The position numbers and the translations under genes were made by a program. Source: Tubiluchus corallicola (taxonomy: Eukaryota > Animalia > Priapulida). Taken from it: a stretch of 64,000 nucleotides of DNA. The stretch lies in NCBI GenBank assembly GCA_030141605.1, contig JAQGDQ010000212.1, positions 186,001-250,000 of the forward strand, given 5' to 3'. Shown here piece after piece: positions 1 through 12,717 of the stretch; positions within the stretch are counted from its first letter, which is position 1, and each line of letters starts with the position of its first letter. Below the pieces are notes generated by a model. It saw only the letters and a list, made by a program, of their open reading frames with translations, searched no databases and was not told the DNA's origin.

Positions 1-220
1 CATATTGTCTCACTTTCTTGTCTTCTATTTAAAGTTCAAATGCAGCATCATATTGTCACACTTCTTTGTATTTTATTTAAAGTTGAAACATGGCATCATA
101 TTGTCTCACTTCTTTGTATTTTATTTAAAGTTCAAATATGGCATCATATTGTCTCACTTCTTTGTAATTTATTTAAAGCTCAAGTATGGCATCATATTGT
201 TTCACTTCTTTATCGTTGTC
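1..220. repeat. 48-bp tandem repeat (about 4.5 copies, truncated by window edge) ending just before an exon acceptor
   Basis: Unit CATATTGTCTCACTTCTTTGTATTTTATTTAAAGTTCAAATATGGCAT recurs every 48 nt; it explains ORFs 5..223 and the start of 40..498. Confidence 0.9.
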
Positions 221-258
221 TAGCACATTTTCAGCAATTTTTCAAATTTAAATTTCAG

Positions 259-393
259 CAATATTTATTGCTAATACTGGAATCCAGTCTAAAGATGCGC
301 CAAGAGGAAAAGGTTGAAGCTTTGCTAAGAAAGCTGTGGGAGTTATATTCAAAGGCAAACGCACTCCAATTTGACATCAATTGCTTGCTTCAG
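259..393 (+). CDS. Internal exon of an unidentified plus-strand gene (QYLLLILESSLKMRQEEKVEALLRKLWELYSKANALQFDINCLLQ)
   Basis: tttcAG acceptor at 257-258, GTacga donor at 394, 135 nt phase 0/0, open frame that joins the next three exons. Confidence 0.7.
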
Positions 394-895
394 GTACGAA
401 TTTTAACAAATTTAATTTTTGTGTTTGGCAGTTTAATTTGCTGGCCATTATGTGGGATTCTAAGAATCTCTTTACTGCAAGGAGAGAAAATAGCCTAACC
501 TTAACACTGTACCCAGTCTTTGTGTGCAGAAATGCTTGTTACCAGTATAAAATAAATGCTAAGGTCTACAAACTTACAATATTAGCCATTTTATTTGAGA
601 ATTGCAGATATCTAATGAGCACAGATACAGTTGACAAACAAATCATGTTGTCATTTAGCCCACAATGTTTAGTATTTCGAATGATATCATGATGTTTTGT
701 TTAAAGGGACGAAAAGTGCTCTTTAAGGTATGTCCCCTATGACCTATAAAGGTAGGGGTCATGGCAGGTTTGGTACTACGGAAGGGGGTCACCTACTGGA
801 AAAGTTTGGGAAATACTGATTTAGAGCAATTATTCAAAGTTTACAGAAATAATTTTTATAACTACGCTTGAAGAATATTTGTTTTTCCATTTTAG

Positions 896-942
896 ACAAT
901 GGACACATTTTGCCACAATCAGCAAATTCAGCTAATAGCAAG
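896..942 (+). CDS. Internal exon of the unidentified plus-strand gene (TMDTFCHNQQIQLIA-S)
   Basis: ttttAG acceptor, GTacta donor, 47 nt phase 0/2, phase-compatible with both neighbours. Confidence 0.65.
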
Positions 943-1099
943 GTACTAACCATAATTATGATCTATTAAATTATTTTGTATAGTGCATGTCTACCTTGGT
1001 GATGAGTAAATGAGTTTGTACGTAATCAGAACATCACATTAGTTTATTTCTCCGTTAAATTTCAAGGAACTATCCTGTTCTCCCACCATGTTAAGGAAC

Positions 1100-1830
1100 G
1101 ACAGTGTGGTTTCTTCCCAAACCGTAAACAATCTTGGAGTAGCTTTAACCGTTGACACTTTTTTTTCTTATAGCAAACCATTTAGCAAACTTGGTAGGTT
1201 GACATTATTGGGAATGTGGAAAATTGGAAAAATCAGTCAGTAAATAGTTTATTGAGGAACAACACAAAACAATATACAATACAATGTAGATAAAAAATCA
1301 CACATCACACAAAGCATGCCAACACTTTAGTATGATCGTCACAAGTATTGAAATAGCAAAAGAAACAGTAGAGGTTAAATAGTAAATAGTATTCACACAT
1401 TTACAAAAGCAATATAATTATAATAATGTGCTTTTGCTATCAATTGATTATGATTTTCTTCTTTTAAAACATTCTGTAATATAATTTGAAATTTTCAAAT
1501 TCACTTTCATTTCTATTCATCAGAAATATAAATTTTGCTTTTACCGTAAGATTTATAAAGTTTGGGAAAGTCTCTTTGACACGAGATAGCAGGCTTTGTC
1601 TGAAATCATAATAATAGTTACATTCAAGAATTGAATGATATTCGTCATCTTGATATATTTAGACATATTCTCAACCTCCGAACAACTGAAAAAATCGTAA
1701 ATGCTTTCGTAACATCCAAACTTGATTACTGCAATAGTTGCCTTTTTAGACTTGAAAACGAAAATCGTAAAAACCAACTAGTTCAGAATTCTGCTACTCG
1801 TCTCATTACCGAGACTAGCAAATATAATAA
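1100..1830 (+). mobile_element. Degenerate L2/CR1-clade LINE fragment (C-terminal part of RT ORF), interrupted
   Basis: ORF 1631..1924 contains IVNAFVTSKLDYCNS...QLVQNSATRLI, resembling the L2-type LVHAFVTSRLDYCNS...LQRVQNAAARL motif; a VNNLGV-like piece lies near 1120-1140. Confidence 0.65.
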
Positions 1831-1981
1831 TTTCTTCACCCCGTCCTTCTTGGCCCACCCATCTCTCACGGCCTTGCCAGTAACTAAGAGAAGCCATGTT
1901 TTATTTGTACTTAATTTACACTGATAACATATAATTAATTATGGACAACTGATGACAATAATTAGTACGTCATTGTTTCAG

Positions 1982-2065
1982 TGAGATACTGAAGTTATTT
2001 GTGAGACAACAGTTTGGTCTGCGTGAAGAGGATGGTTTAACTGACATCACCTTAGCAACCAAAAC
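1982..2065 (+). CDS. Internal exon of the unidentified plus-strand gene (EILKLFVRQQFGLREEDGLTDITLATK-T)
   Basis: tttcAG acceptor, GTaaga donor, 84 nt phase 2/2, open frame. Confidence 0.7.
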
Positions 2066-2385
2066 GTAAGAACTGTTTCATACATGTTTCTTTTCAGTAC
2101 AGTGTAAACAGGCCTCTCAGAAGTTTTCAGGAGTTCAAAAGTTTATTTATATTCAAACTGCATCATTACAATAACAAGATAGTAGCCTAGAAAGAAAGCT
2201 AGTTGCCATTACACACAATGACTTTTGATGCATACAGGTTGATCTAAAAAGCATAGCTTGTCAGGCCAACCTGTACGTGAAATAAAAAAAGAAAAAAAGA
2301 AATAATAAATGAAATATTGTTAGGTTCCAGTGTATTGTAGGTTTTTCTTGATAGTATAGTGCAAAGTTAACAGAAAAGTCCATAA

Positions 2386-2988
2386 AGCAAAACTGGACCT
2401 ACTGTTAAACTGTAGGTTAAAACAATCTACTCTTTAAAATATTGAAAGGAAACACTATTTTTTCAAAATTGACTTCTTACGTGAAAGAATTATCATCACA
2501 CAAACACAATTTCGCGTTCGTGCCACTAGTTTTTTGCTGTTACGTGCCTTTCGCCATTTGCTGGTTAGACGGGCACTAGCGTCTACATTTCGGAAATGTA
2601 TTGCACAAAGAAACAGGTGCTGTACCTCTCAGTATAGATGTGTTAGTTTGTGACGAACTACACATATTTGACAGCTGATGCGTGAGAATAGCGGTAAATT
2701 TGAAATTTGAATTTTTATCTTAAAACTTGCCTGGTTTGAGTACTACACACTGAATATCTTACAGTAGCACTGTACTTCAATTTACGCAATATGCAACACG
2801 CTCGTTGAATATTACTGCTGTTGAAAATTATGTTCATTGCGATGTCATCAACAGCTGGGTTCGCTCGCCTTTAATTAATCTATTATTTAATTATCAGATG
2901 CGCCTTTACAGCATTAATTGTGTTAAAATGTACGCTGTTTGTTGGACTTGAAAATGGGGTAGTAAGTGAAAAATTATCCTGTCCTCTT
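2386..2988 (+). mobile_element. Non-autonomous DNA transposon, family A (Kolobok-like ends)
   Basis: Homologous to 7230-7370, about 28540-29088, 58945-59383 and 61579-62022; ends resemble AG(G/C)AAAAC(T/A)GGA...TCCTGTTTTCCT in TTAA-like context. Confidence 0.7.
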
Positions 2989-3861
2989 TTAAATCTGTAA
3001 TAAGGCTCTTTTTTTCAATAAAAGTTATTTAATACGCAAAAACTATTGCTCAAAATGAAATTTCATTATAATAGTAATTTTAGAGCGCCATCTGTTTGGT
3101 CAGAAAGTAACAAAATCCATTATAACAGTTGTTAAAACTGTAATTACGGCATTGTTTGCACGGCAGCACAATCAAGTTGCGTAATTTTAGTATTTTCACT
3201 GGAACTTTGGGAATATTTCTCTTTTTAAGCTTTTTTTAAGAAAACGGAATATTTGCCTTAAATTGTTGAATTTGGTCAAGAGGCAAGTACTTTATTGACC
3301 ATTAAATGTGTGCTAACATGAATTAATTTATTTTTATCTTGTTTTTTCTTTACTTATTCTACAAGCAAATGTATTATTAGTGAATCCTGCTTGCTGTACT
3401 TTTAGCCGGATTTTTTTTCTACTTTAATAAACCTTTTTTTAGTTCCGTCTATGATTGTGAAAGGGTCAAAGGTTAAGTATACCAGCCAATGCATTTGTGT
3501 TCACCTGACAATGCCTTGCAGCCCATGCTGCTGTAAAAGTAATTAAGAAAATTAAGAAAAAGGATGAATGCTAGCAATAGAAATTACCTAGTTCATTTTT
3601 TTGTTCCCAAGCAAGATCCTGCTAGTAAATCACTTTACACACAGAATAATGCATAATAAAGTCCATGTAAAACAACTAAAATTACTGAGCTGAGTAGTCA
3701 GACAGCTTTGTTTTACCCATGCATCACGTGACAGTTGTAGTTAAGACGCATTGCTGTGGTAAACTTAGCCTTTGATGTACAGCAACTGCGCAAGTGCATA
3801 ACAAAACTGTGAATACGCTTATTTACTGTAATGACACCAAATGATTTTTTTATGATTTAAG

Positions 3862-3931
3862 GATGGTAGCCACTGCATTGAAGGAGATAGCTCAACAGTT
3901 TGACACGAATTGTCTTCAAGGGTCGTGTTAG
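3862..3931 (+). CDS. Terminal coding exon of the unidentified plus-strand gene (MVATALKEIAQQFDTNCLQGSC*)
   Basis: tttaAG acceptor at 3860-3861, phase 2 matches the previous exon, TAG at 3929-3931. Confidence 0.6.
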
Positions 3932-4129
3932 AAAGACAATAGCATCCCACACACAATTACTTACTCCACTGGCATAGTAACATGGATGGAGGTACTTTAA
4001 TCAAGTGAAATGAAAAAGTTGATTCTGTAGTTGATTCTATTGGAATAGTAGAATTATATTATAAAACTTATGTGTATACAGTGTGAGTACAGCAGGCAAA
4101 TATCTTTATATAAATTGTGTTTTGACAAT

Positions 4130-6356
4130 TTGTTGTAGGGGTATTGACCTAACAGTGTTACTTGTCCAGAATTTGTGCATCTATAATTGTTGTAGGAGTA
4201 TTGACCTAATGCTGTAACTTGTCTGTGAAAATTTGAACATCTGTAATTGTTGTAGGAGTATAGACCTAATGCTGTAACTTGTCTGTGAAAATTTGAACAT
4301 CTGTAATTGTTGTAGGAGTATAGACCTAATGCTGTAACTTGTCTGTGAAAATTTGAACATCTGTAATTGTTGTAGGAGTATAGACCTAATGCTGTAACTT
4401 GTCTGTGAAAATTTGAACATCAGTAATTGTTGTAGGAGTATAGACCTAATGCTGTAACTTGTCTGTGAAAATTTGTGCATCTGTAATTGTTGTAGGCTTA
4501 GTGACCAAAGGGTGTAACTTGTCGGTGAAAATTTGTGCATCTATAATTGTTGTAGGAGTATTGACCTAATGCTATAACTTGTCTGTGAAAATTTGAACAT
4601 CTGTAATTGTTGTAGGAGTATAGACCTAATGCTGTAACTTGTCTGTGAAAATTTGAACATCTGTAATTGTTGTAGGAGTATAGACCTAATGCTGTAACTT
4701 GTCTGTGAAAATTTGAACATCTGTAATTGTTGTAGGAGTATAGACCTAATGCTGTAACTTGTCTGTGAAAATTTGAACATCTGTAATTGTTGTAGTCTTA
4801 GTGACCAAAGGGTGTAACTTGTCTGTCAGAATTTGTGCATCTATAATTGTTGTAGGAGTATAGACCTAACGCTGTAACTTGTCTGTGAAAATTTGAACAT
4901 CTGTAATTGTTGTAGGCTTAGTAACCAAAGGGTGTAACTTGTTTGTCGGAATATGTGCATCTATGATTGTTTTAGGGGTATTGACCTAACGCTGTAACTT
5001 GTCTGTCGGAATTTGTGCATCTATAATTGTTGTAGGAGTATAGACCTAACGGTCTAACTTGTCTGTGAAAATTTGAACATCTGTAATTGTTGTAGGAGTA
5101 TAGACCTAATGCTGTAACTTGTCTGTGAAAATTTGAACATCTGTAATTGTTGTAGGAGTATAGACCTAATGCTGTAACTTGTCTGTGAAAATTTGAACAT
5201 CTGTAATTGTTGTAGGAGTATAGACCTAATGCTGTAACTTGTCTGTGAAAATTTGAACATCAGTAATTGTTGTAGGAGTATAGACCTAATGCTGTAACTT
5301 GTCTGTGAAAATTTGTGCATCTGTAATTGTTGTAGGAGTATAGACCTAATGCTGTAACTTGTCTGTGAAAATTTGAACATCAGTAATTGTTGTAGGAGTA
5401 TAGACCTAATGCTGTAACTTGTCTGTGAAAATTTGAACATCTGTAATTGTTGTAGGAGTATAGACCTAATGCTGTAACTTGTCTGTGAAAATTTGAACAT
5501 CTGTAATTGTTGTAGGAGTATAGACCTAATGCTGTAACTTGTCTGTGAAAATTTGAACATCTGTAATTGTTGTAGGCTTAGTGACCAAAGGGTGTAACTT
5601 GTCTGTGAAAATTTGTGCATCTATAATTGTTGTAGGAGTATAGACCTAATGCTGTAACTTGTCTGTGAAAATTTGAACATCTGTAATTGTTGTAGGAGTA
5701 TAGACCTAATGCTGTAACTTGTCTGTGAAAATTTGAACATCTGTAATTGTTGTAGGAGTATAGACCTAATGCTGTAACTTGTCTGTGAAAATTTGAACAT
5801 CTGTAATTGTTGTAGGAGTATAGACCTAACGGTCTAACTTGTCTGTGAAAATTTGAACATCAGTAATTGTTGTAGGAGTATAGACCTAATGCTGTAACTT
5901 GTCTGTGAAAATTTGTGCATCTGTAATTGTTGTAGGAGTATAGACCTAATGCTGTAACTTGTCTGTGAAAATTTGAACATCAGTAATTGTTGTAGGAGTA
6001 TAGACCTAATGCTGTAACTTGTCTGTGAAAATTTGTGCATCTGTAATTGTTGTAGGAGTATAGACCTAATGCTGTAACTTGTCTGTGAAAATTTGAACAT
6101 CAGTAATTGTTGTAGGAGTATAGACCTAATGCTGTAACTTGTCTGTGAAAATTTGTGCATCTGTAATTGTTGTAGGAGTATAGACCTAATGCTGTAACTT
6201 GTCTGTGAAAATTTGTGCATCTGTAATTGTTGTAGGCTTAGTGACCAAAGGGTGTAACTTGTCGGTGAAAATTTGTGCATCTATAATTGTTGTAGGAGTA
6301 TTGACCTAATGCTATAACTTGTCGGTCAGAATTTGTGTATCTATAATTGTTGTAGG
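4130..6356. repeat. 60-bp minisatellite array (about 37 copies)
   Basis: Unit TAGACCTAATGCTGTAACTTGTCTGTGAAAATTTGAACATCTGTAATTGTTGTAGGAGTA repeats line after line; variant unit GCTTAGTGACCAAAGGGTG recurs. Confidence 0.97.
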
Positions 6357-6980
6357 CATCATCACCGTCATCGTATGCATCTTACATCTACATTGGGTAA
6401 GCAGAATTCTAAAATGAAAGATATGCCAGTGGCTTGTCAGCACCACTTCCAATGCAAATAGCGACGTCACATTTATCAGTCATAATTTGCACGTCTGTTG
6501 TTGTAGGCTTTATGAAACGTTTACATTTTCGTTGTTTTGGAAATCATTCAAGTTTGCAAACTAGCTGTTCGAAGTCAGCATGTTTTTCTGAACATTAATT
6601 CATCAAATATAAGAAATGTGCGAAACATTTCAATTAAGTGTATCAATGAATAATTTAAAAAATGTGCCAACCATTTAATGTAAAATGTAAATTTTAAATC
6701 TATGTAGTTTTATTATAATTATAATGTAACTTCTGATTTTAGATGTAAATGTGATTTTAGAAGTAAATAAAATATAGTTTAATATAAAACCATATTTTGT
6801 GTTATGTGTATTATATGTATATGTATGTGTATATATGTATCATAACATGAATTATATATAATTATAAAGTAATTATTGATTTTTAGATATAAAATTAATT
6901 TTGGAAGTAAAATCCAATTTAATATGTATTATATTTTAGTGCAAGATGTGTGATGTAATGTAATGTATTTATATATTATT

Positions 6981-7018
<38 letters not shown>

Positions 7019-7080
7019 CATGCGTGCGTGCGTGTGTGTATGCATTTATAATTGGAGAAAAAAATACATATACATATATA

Positions 7081-7086
7081 ATTACT

Positions 7087-7120
<34 letters not shown>

Positions 7121-7126
7121 AGTAAT
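7081..7126. repeat. Perfect palindrome ATTACTCCC(TA)nGGGAGTAAT
   Basis: Arms are exact reverse complements around a (TA)n core. Confidence 0.85.
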
Positions 7127-7229
7127 CAACTGACACTAGAAACATGCTTCTTGTAGGTTTTTGAACAAAATGCCACACAGTTACATATGGTAATTAAGAT
7201 CAATTAAGAATAAGTTTAAGATACAGCTG

Positions 7230-7370
7230 TTGAACGTGTGCAGTTCGTCGCAAACTAACACATCTGAACTGAGAGGTACAGCACCTGTTTTTGTGCAGTC
7301 CATTTCCAAAACGCACGCGCTAGTGCGCGTCTGACTAGCGAAAGGCAAAATGCATGTAACAGCATACTTT
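7230..7370 (-). mobile_element. Fragment of family A DNA transposon
   Basis: Reverse complement of about 2540-2680 (GTTCGTCGCAAACTAACACATCTG...GAGAGGTACAGCACCTGTTT). Confidence 0.65.
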
Positions 7371-10155
7371 ACCCTGTTCACTATTTTGCGATATTATATG
7401 TCGTAGAAAAGCAGTATAGCTGAGCGGATGAGAACTATAACAGAGGCTGAGAAATTATTCGAGGCTGGACCTGGTTAATAAGTGGATGGGTGATGGCTGG
7501 TAAATCTGTTTCATCTACCATACCTCAGTTGTCGTTTGTTGCATGCCTATTTGCCTCTTTAAAGACATAAAAGGATAAAAAAACATATTCTTGCATATAG
7601 CTAAAGAAAAGCCTTGAAATTTCATTTTCTTACTGTATACAGAGCTTGTGTAAGCAGTATTGCCGTGTAAAACATGTAAGTTTAAGCTCCCACGCTAACA
7701 GTTAGGCGCAGCTATTTTAATGGTAAGTTGTCGAGGAAGAAATTGGAACAGTTCTTATAACCTTGTATAATTGTGTGTTTAGTGAACCAGTGACGTTTTT
7801 GGTGCACACTGGCATAGTCAAAACAATCACGTATTACAAGTTGGCACAAATATGTTAAATTACTACGAATTTTGTTCCAGTTATAAGCCTTTCCAACAGG
7901 TAAACTCAAATTGCAATGTAATATAACTTTATATACGTACTTGCACAGCGAGAACGTCCTGAATTCGGCATATAAGCTTTTTTTAGTTATTCAAATGTCT
8001 GGAATCTCTATTTCATGAAAGGGCCATTTTGATACCAAGTTCATCGCTCTGTGTAATTTCTAAGCTGAGATAATCCACATTGAAGTTGAGGTGCAGGCTA
8101 CACACTGAAAAACGTAACCTTGAGAAAATCGCTGTTAAAGTTAGCCATTGTTTTTTGTCACATTTCTACAAAACGTTTAGTAACTGCACAAATGTTGGTT
8201 GCTATGGATTTCACAAGAACACATTGAAGTTACGTTTACGTCCTATAGGCGGCTCTGCGCTTGGCAACAGGAAAAAACCGCAAGCAAAATGGCAGTTTCC
8301 ACGAGCTACTATCGACGTTTGAAAATACGAGTTTTCGACAAACGCCTTACTAATTTTTAGGCAGAGAAGTGGGTAAGAAGTTATTACATTAAATGTGTGG
8401 TATTTTTTAAACAATATCCTGAGGTTCTGTTGCTAGAACGTAAAAGTCCAACACCTTTAGCACTCGTTCTCGTAAAAAAATTTATATTCAACCCAATTTT
8501 TCATGCATTCTACTTTGAAGCATCACGACGCAGTTTTAACTGTGTCGATTTGTGGACGGTTTTGCTTTGGAAGTACACATATGTCAATTTTTTCTTTGAG
8601 ACGTATTTTCCTTTTCCTCTCAATTAACGTAAAATCTCTTGAAATGATTTAGTACAAAATTCGAATTAATTTGCAATCTCCATGTATTTTTACAGTAAGT
8701 ATAGTTTAATATAAAACAATTCCAAACACATTTTACACATTTGTAAGTATTTTAAATAACTGCTGACTACAGCCATAGTACAGAAAAGTATATTCGCCAT
8801 GTCTAATCACTATAAAGGGTGTCAGGAAATGAGTAACTACCCTGCACAGAAGAAATGAAGAAGAATAGATAAAAACTGACAACAGCATCAGAAAATTCAT
8901 TTTGTTTTGACCAGTGAACCTTTTCTTAATCATGGTTGGATCATGACGTCCTGGGCCCCTAAGCTAATGAAATTATGGGACGGAGCCACCTTCTAACTGG
9001 TCTTGAACATTTACAAAGCTTGAACTCAACTTACTGCAATTTCTTCAATTAAACTAGAACATCTTTTCTTTGTCAATAAAAATATACTATAAGAAATACC
9101 ACTATTTTACTATTTATTGCAAACCAAATTAGCACATATTTCAAAAATAACCGTAGTGAAAAAACAGATTTTTTTGCCAAATGTTACCAAAGCTTGAACT
9201 GCCCCCCCCCCCCCCAGCTTGGGGGGCCTTAGGCCGCAGCCAAGTACCTAGTACTTAATAACTAGTACTGCTGCTATTGGCAGCTGTAAGTTCCATAAAT
9301 GAACGGGGCACAATTCATGTTGCTTTCTCAACGATAATGGTGTCATAATTCATTCTCTCAAAAGCTTCGTGGTTTTTATTTCTGACAAAAAAGTGGAAAG
9401 AATGTTAAAAACAGATTAAATAAGATACCTAATGATGATTAAAATATTAGAAATACGTTTATATCTACTTGTGGCAACTTTCAGGTACAGAGGGGTTATT
9501 ATTTCCTGTCACCCCGTAGAAATCAAAATTTTAATGCTTACTTGGGCGTATTCTTAACCTTTAATGCCGTATTAAATTTCCCTGTCGTTTCGGAAATCAG
9601 TTGTGTTATGTCCTATAATTACGCCCTACGTGTTTATTTACAATGGGGACGCTACTGTAACAATACTGATTATGTAACAATGAACTTAAAACAATAGAAA
9701 CAAGATGTCCTGAAAAAAATTATTTGCGTGTCCTGAATTCATGAAATGTACTCGCTTTGTTACAAGATTTTGTTCAAGCAAAATTAATTTATAGCGAGCT
9801 GACACACGAGCAATTCTTGTCGTCCAACTTTCGAGAGAGTCCTCATCTTCACGTTTGCCGACCAGTTGTTCATCTGACAAAGTCGTGCATGTGTGTTGTT
9901 ATCCATTATGGCAAAAGCTGACGTTGTTTTGTTTCCTGATGACGTCAGCAGAAGTAAACTCACGAATACTATTGCTGACACCCAGCCAACACTGATCCTC
10001 AAGTAACTGTTCATGAGAAAAAATCGTACGTGTGTGGTGTCGTCTACTGTGGCAGAACTCTTATTTTTCTGATGATGTCAACAAAAGTAAACAATATTTT
10101 GACCACCGTTTCTAGTCTTTAGTTTGTACAAAAAAGAAACAGCAAACGAATTGAA

Positions 10156-10611
10156 CTACAAAATTAAACCGGGAGCAGAAAATATGATAGAGCATATTGC
10201 CACCACGGTATAGACTGAAAAAACAAGAAGACATATCCTGTCCACGACCATGGCTGCAAACTTCCAATCATTATTCAGCTCTCTCTCGTCCTCCTCCTCT
10301 TTCAGATGGGAGGTTATCACTTTTAGCTCGTGTAAAATGTCCGCAAGTTCACTTCTGTTTCCACCGAGAACAGAACGATTTTCACCAAGTGGAAGTTTAC
10401 TATAACCACCGGGAGGTGGCGTGTTATTGGACGACCGGAAGTCGTCGTCTGCGTCAAGAACATTGGCTAGTAGGCTGCGAGAACAACGCTCTTTCAGTTC
10501 TATTTCTTTCAACTTTGAGTTAACAGCGAATTGTTTTAACCTGTCTTCGTTGCTCACTTGACGTTTCATGCAAAGTATTCTGGGAAGCCAACGGAGAAAC
10601 ACCGTTCGCAT
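10156..10611 (-). CDS. CHRNA7: nAChR alpha7-like subunit, exon 10 (M3-M4 loop, TM4, stop)
   Basis: ttcAG acceptor at 10613-10612; encodes KERCSRSLLANVLDADDDFR (motif of the invertebrate alpha7 group, Dalpha5-7) and DWKFAAMVVDRICLLVF; TAG at 10158-10156. Confidence 0.95.
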   Translation of the reverse strand: MRTVFLRWLPRILCMKRQVSNEDRLKQFAVNSKLKEIELKERCSRSLLANVLDADDDFRSSNNTPPPGGYSKLPLGENRSVLGGNRSELADILHELKVITSHLKEEEDERELNNDWKFAAMVVDRICLLVFSVYTVVAICSIIFSAPGLIL

Positions 10612-11197
10612 CTGAAAAATCAATAATTTCGGTATTTGCAAATTTCTCTTATAATATTGATATTTCTCTTATAAACGAACAATATTCAATTGAATAAAAT
10701 TCAAGTAAACGCAGTCATACAAAAATTCGATCTTCAACGCTTGAAAAGAAGCTAATAATTAAGACTTTTAAGTTAACGGTAAATTACAATTAATCTTAAA
10801 AATAAAAGTTAACATGTAACGAGAAGAAATACAAGCATTTCTTTTCACAGAGAAAAAAAACGAAAATTAATCACCGACGAGAACTGAACTCGTGACTTTC
10901 AGTAGTGCAGTGTGTTATAGAAGCCAAAAAGCGAGCATTTTTAGCTTTATATTCAAATTGGATTGTAACACGCTTTAAGCAATGCAATTCGCATTCTTAT
11001 CATTTGTTGCCAAGAAGCTGGTAAATCAATAGATAATAACCGCCTGAGTGCTGATACTGATGAACTCTTTTATTGCATAATTGCCTAGAAGCAAAGTGTT
11101 GAGAAAAATAGCACATACAGTCGATAAGTAATCAATGAGTCAGCTCATGCTAGTTGATTAGTTACTTATGCTCTTGCTAATGCAATTGCCACTGCCA

Positions 11198-11231
11198 GTT
11201 GTTGTTGTTGTTGCTGCTGCTGCTGTTGCAG

Positions 11232-11284
<53 letters not shown>

Positions 11285-11309
11285 GCTGCTGCTGCTGCTG
11301 CTGTTGCAG

Positions 11310-11364
<55 letters not shown>

Positions 11365-11414
11365 GGTTGTCGTCAAGGTTGTCGTTGTGGTTGTTGTTGC
11401 TCCTGCTACTGCTG

Positions 11415-11446
<32 letters not shown>

Positions 11447-11623
11447 TTACTGCTGTGTTCCTGTTGCTGTTGTTGTTGTTGCTGCTGCTGTTACTGCTGT
11501 GTTCCTGTTGCTGTTGTTGTTGTTGTTGTTGTCGCTGTTGTTGCTCCTGCTGCTGCTGTGTTGCTGTTGCTACTGCTGTTGTTGTTGTTGTCGTTGCTGT
11601 TGCTCCTGCTGCTGCTGTGTTGC

Positions 11624-11656
<33 letters not shown>

Positions 11657-11712
11657 GTTGTTGTTGTTGTTGTTGTTGTTGCTGCTGCTGCTTATACTGC
11701 TGCTGCTGCTTA
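11198..11712. repeat. (GTT)n/(GCT)n compound microsatellite in nAChR intron 9
   Basis: Direct inspection. Confidence 0.95.
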
Positions 11713-11736
11713 TGCTTACACATAATCTATACTTAC

Positions 11737-11846
11737 CCAGTTTGGCATTCGGTATAAATCTGTAGTCCTATGATGCATGTTTAAGACGCAAACAGTCAAG
11801 GTCACAGAAAGAGCACACATTATCATAATACATGCAAAGTACTTCC
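11737..11846 (-). CDS. CHRNA7: nAChR alpha7-like exon 9 (TM3: GKYFACIMIMCALSVTLTVCVLNMHHRTTDLYRMPNW)
   Basis: 110 nt, ttcAG/GTaagt boundaries, phase 1/0; absent from the ORF track and translated by hand. Confidence 0.93.
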
Positions 11847-12717
11847 CTGAAAAAACACGCTAACTATTATTGTTGTTAACATTATTTTCCGTTCATTTAG
11901 TTAGAAAATGGGAAATATTTTATCGGATGGGATTTTGGACATTTTTGGTGTAGAAGACGTAAATTACATACGTAAACGATAATATATATTCATACGAAAA
12001 TTTTATTTACCCACGTCCATTTTAAATTCTATGTATATATTTGTATATAGTCTATTATAATTTGCCTGTAACATTGTAGTGTATATTTTGTTTTAAATTT
12101 TTGGCACAGTAGTTTTTAGTTTGCACTGGACGCATTTGCCTTTGTGTAAATTTTATTCTAATGATGCGATGTTCTTTTATGCTTTTATAGTTATGAATAT
12201 CGATTTTTATGGCAAGTAAAGATTTTATATATATATAATCTTTCATAACTATAACTAACGATATTCATAACTATATATATATATATATATATAAGAGCGA
12301 GACATTAGCCACCTGGCGCCAGTTAACTGAGATTAATTTTGCTAAACAGTCTATGCTGAACAGCTCTTAAATTCAGTTAATGCTGGGCTGGTATAATAAA
12401 TTCTGCCATGCGGTTGCACTTAGTTTTCATACTAGTTATGAAAGGGAACACATTTTAAATTTGTCTGTCGAATTACAAAACATCTTTGAAAAACACCCCA
12501 CGTGATCAGAATTTAAAGGAGAAGTAAACCTTTATTTACAAAAAACCAAAAAATTCTTTTTGAAATTTTATATCACTAACTTATATACCGCCTTGAGACG
12601 TTAAAATAGCAGTTAGACCTATGAGTGGCACAGCGTCAGAGACTAAACAAGAAACAATAATTATACCTATGAGTGGCACAGCGTCAAAAGTAGAAAAAGA
12701 AACAGTAGCATGCATAC

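Noticed and set aside
4181-6280. Repetitive ORFs MFKFSQTSYSIRSILLQQLQ
   Set aside because: Translation of a 60-bp satellite; variant units introduce stops in each open frame and there is no splice context
11158-11765. Poly-Q/T/V/L/C ORFs
   Set aside because: Trinucleotide microsatellite inside nAChR intron 9
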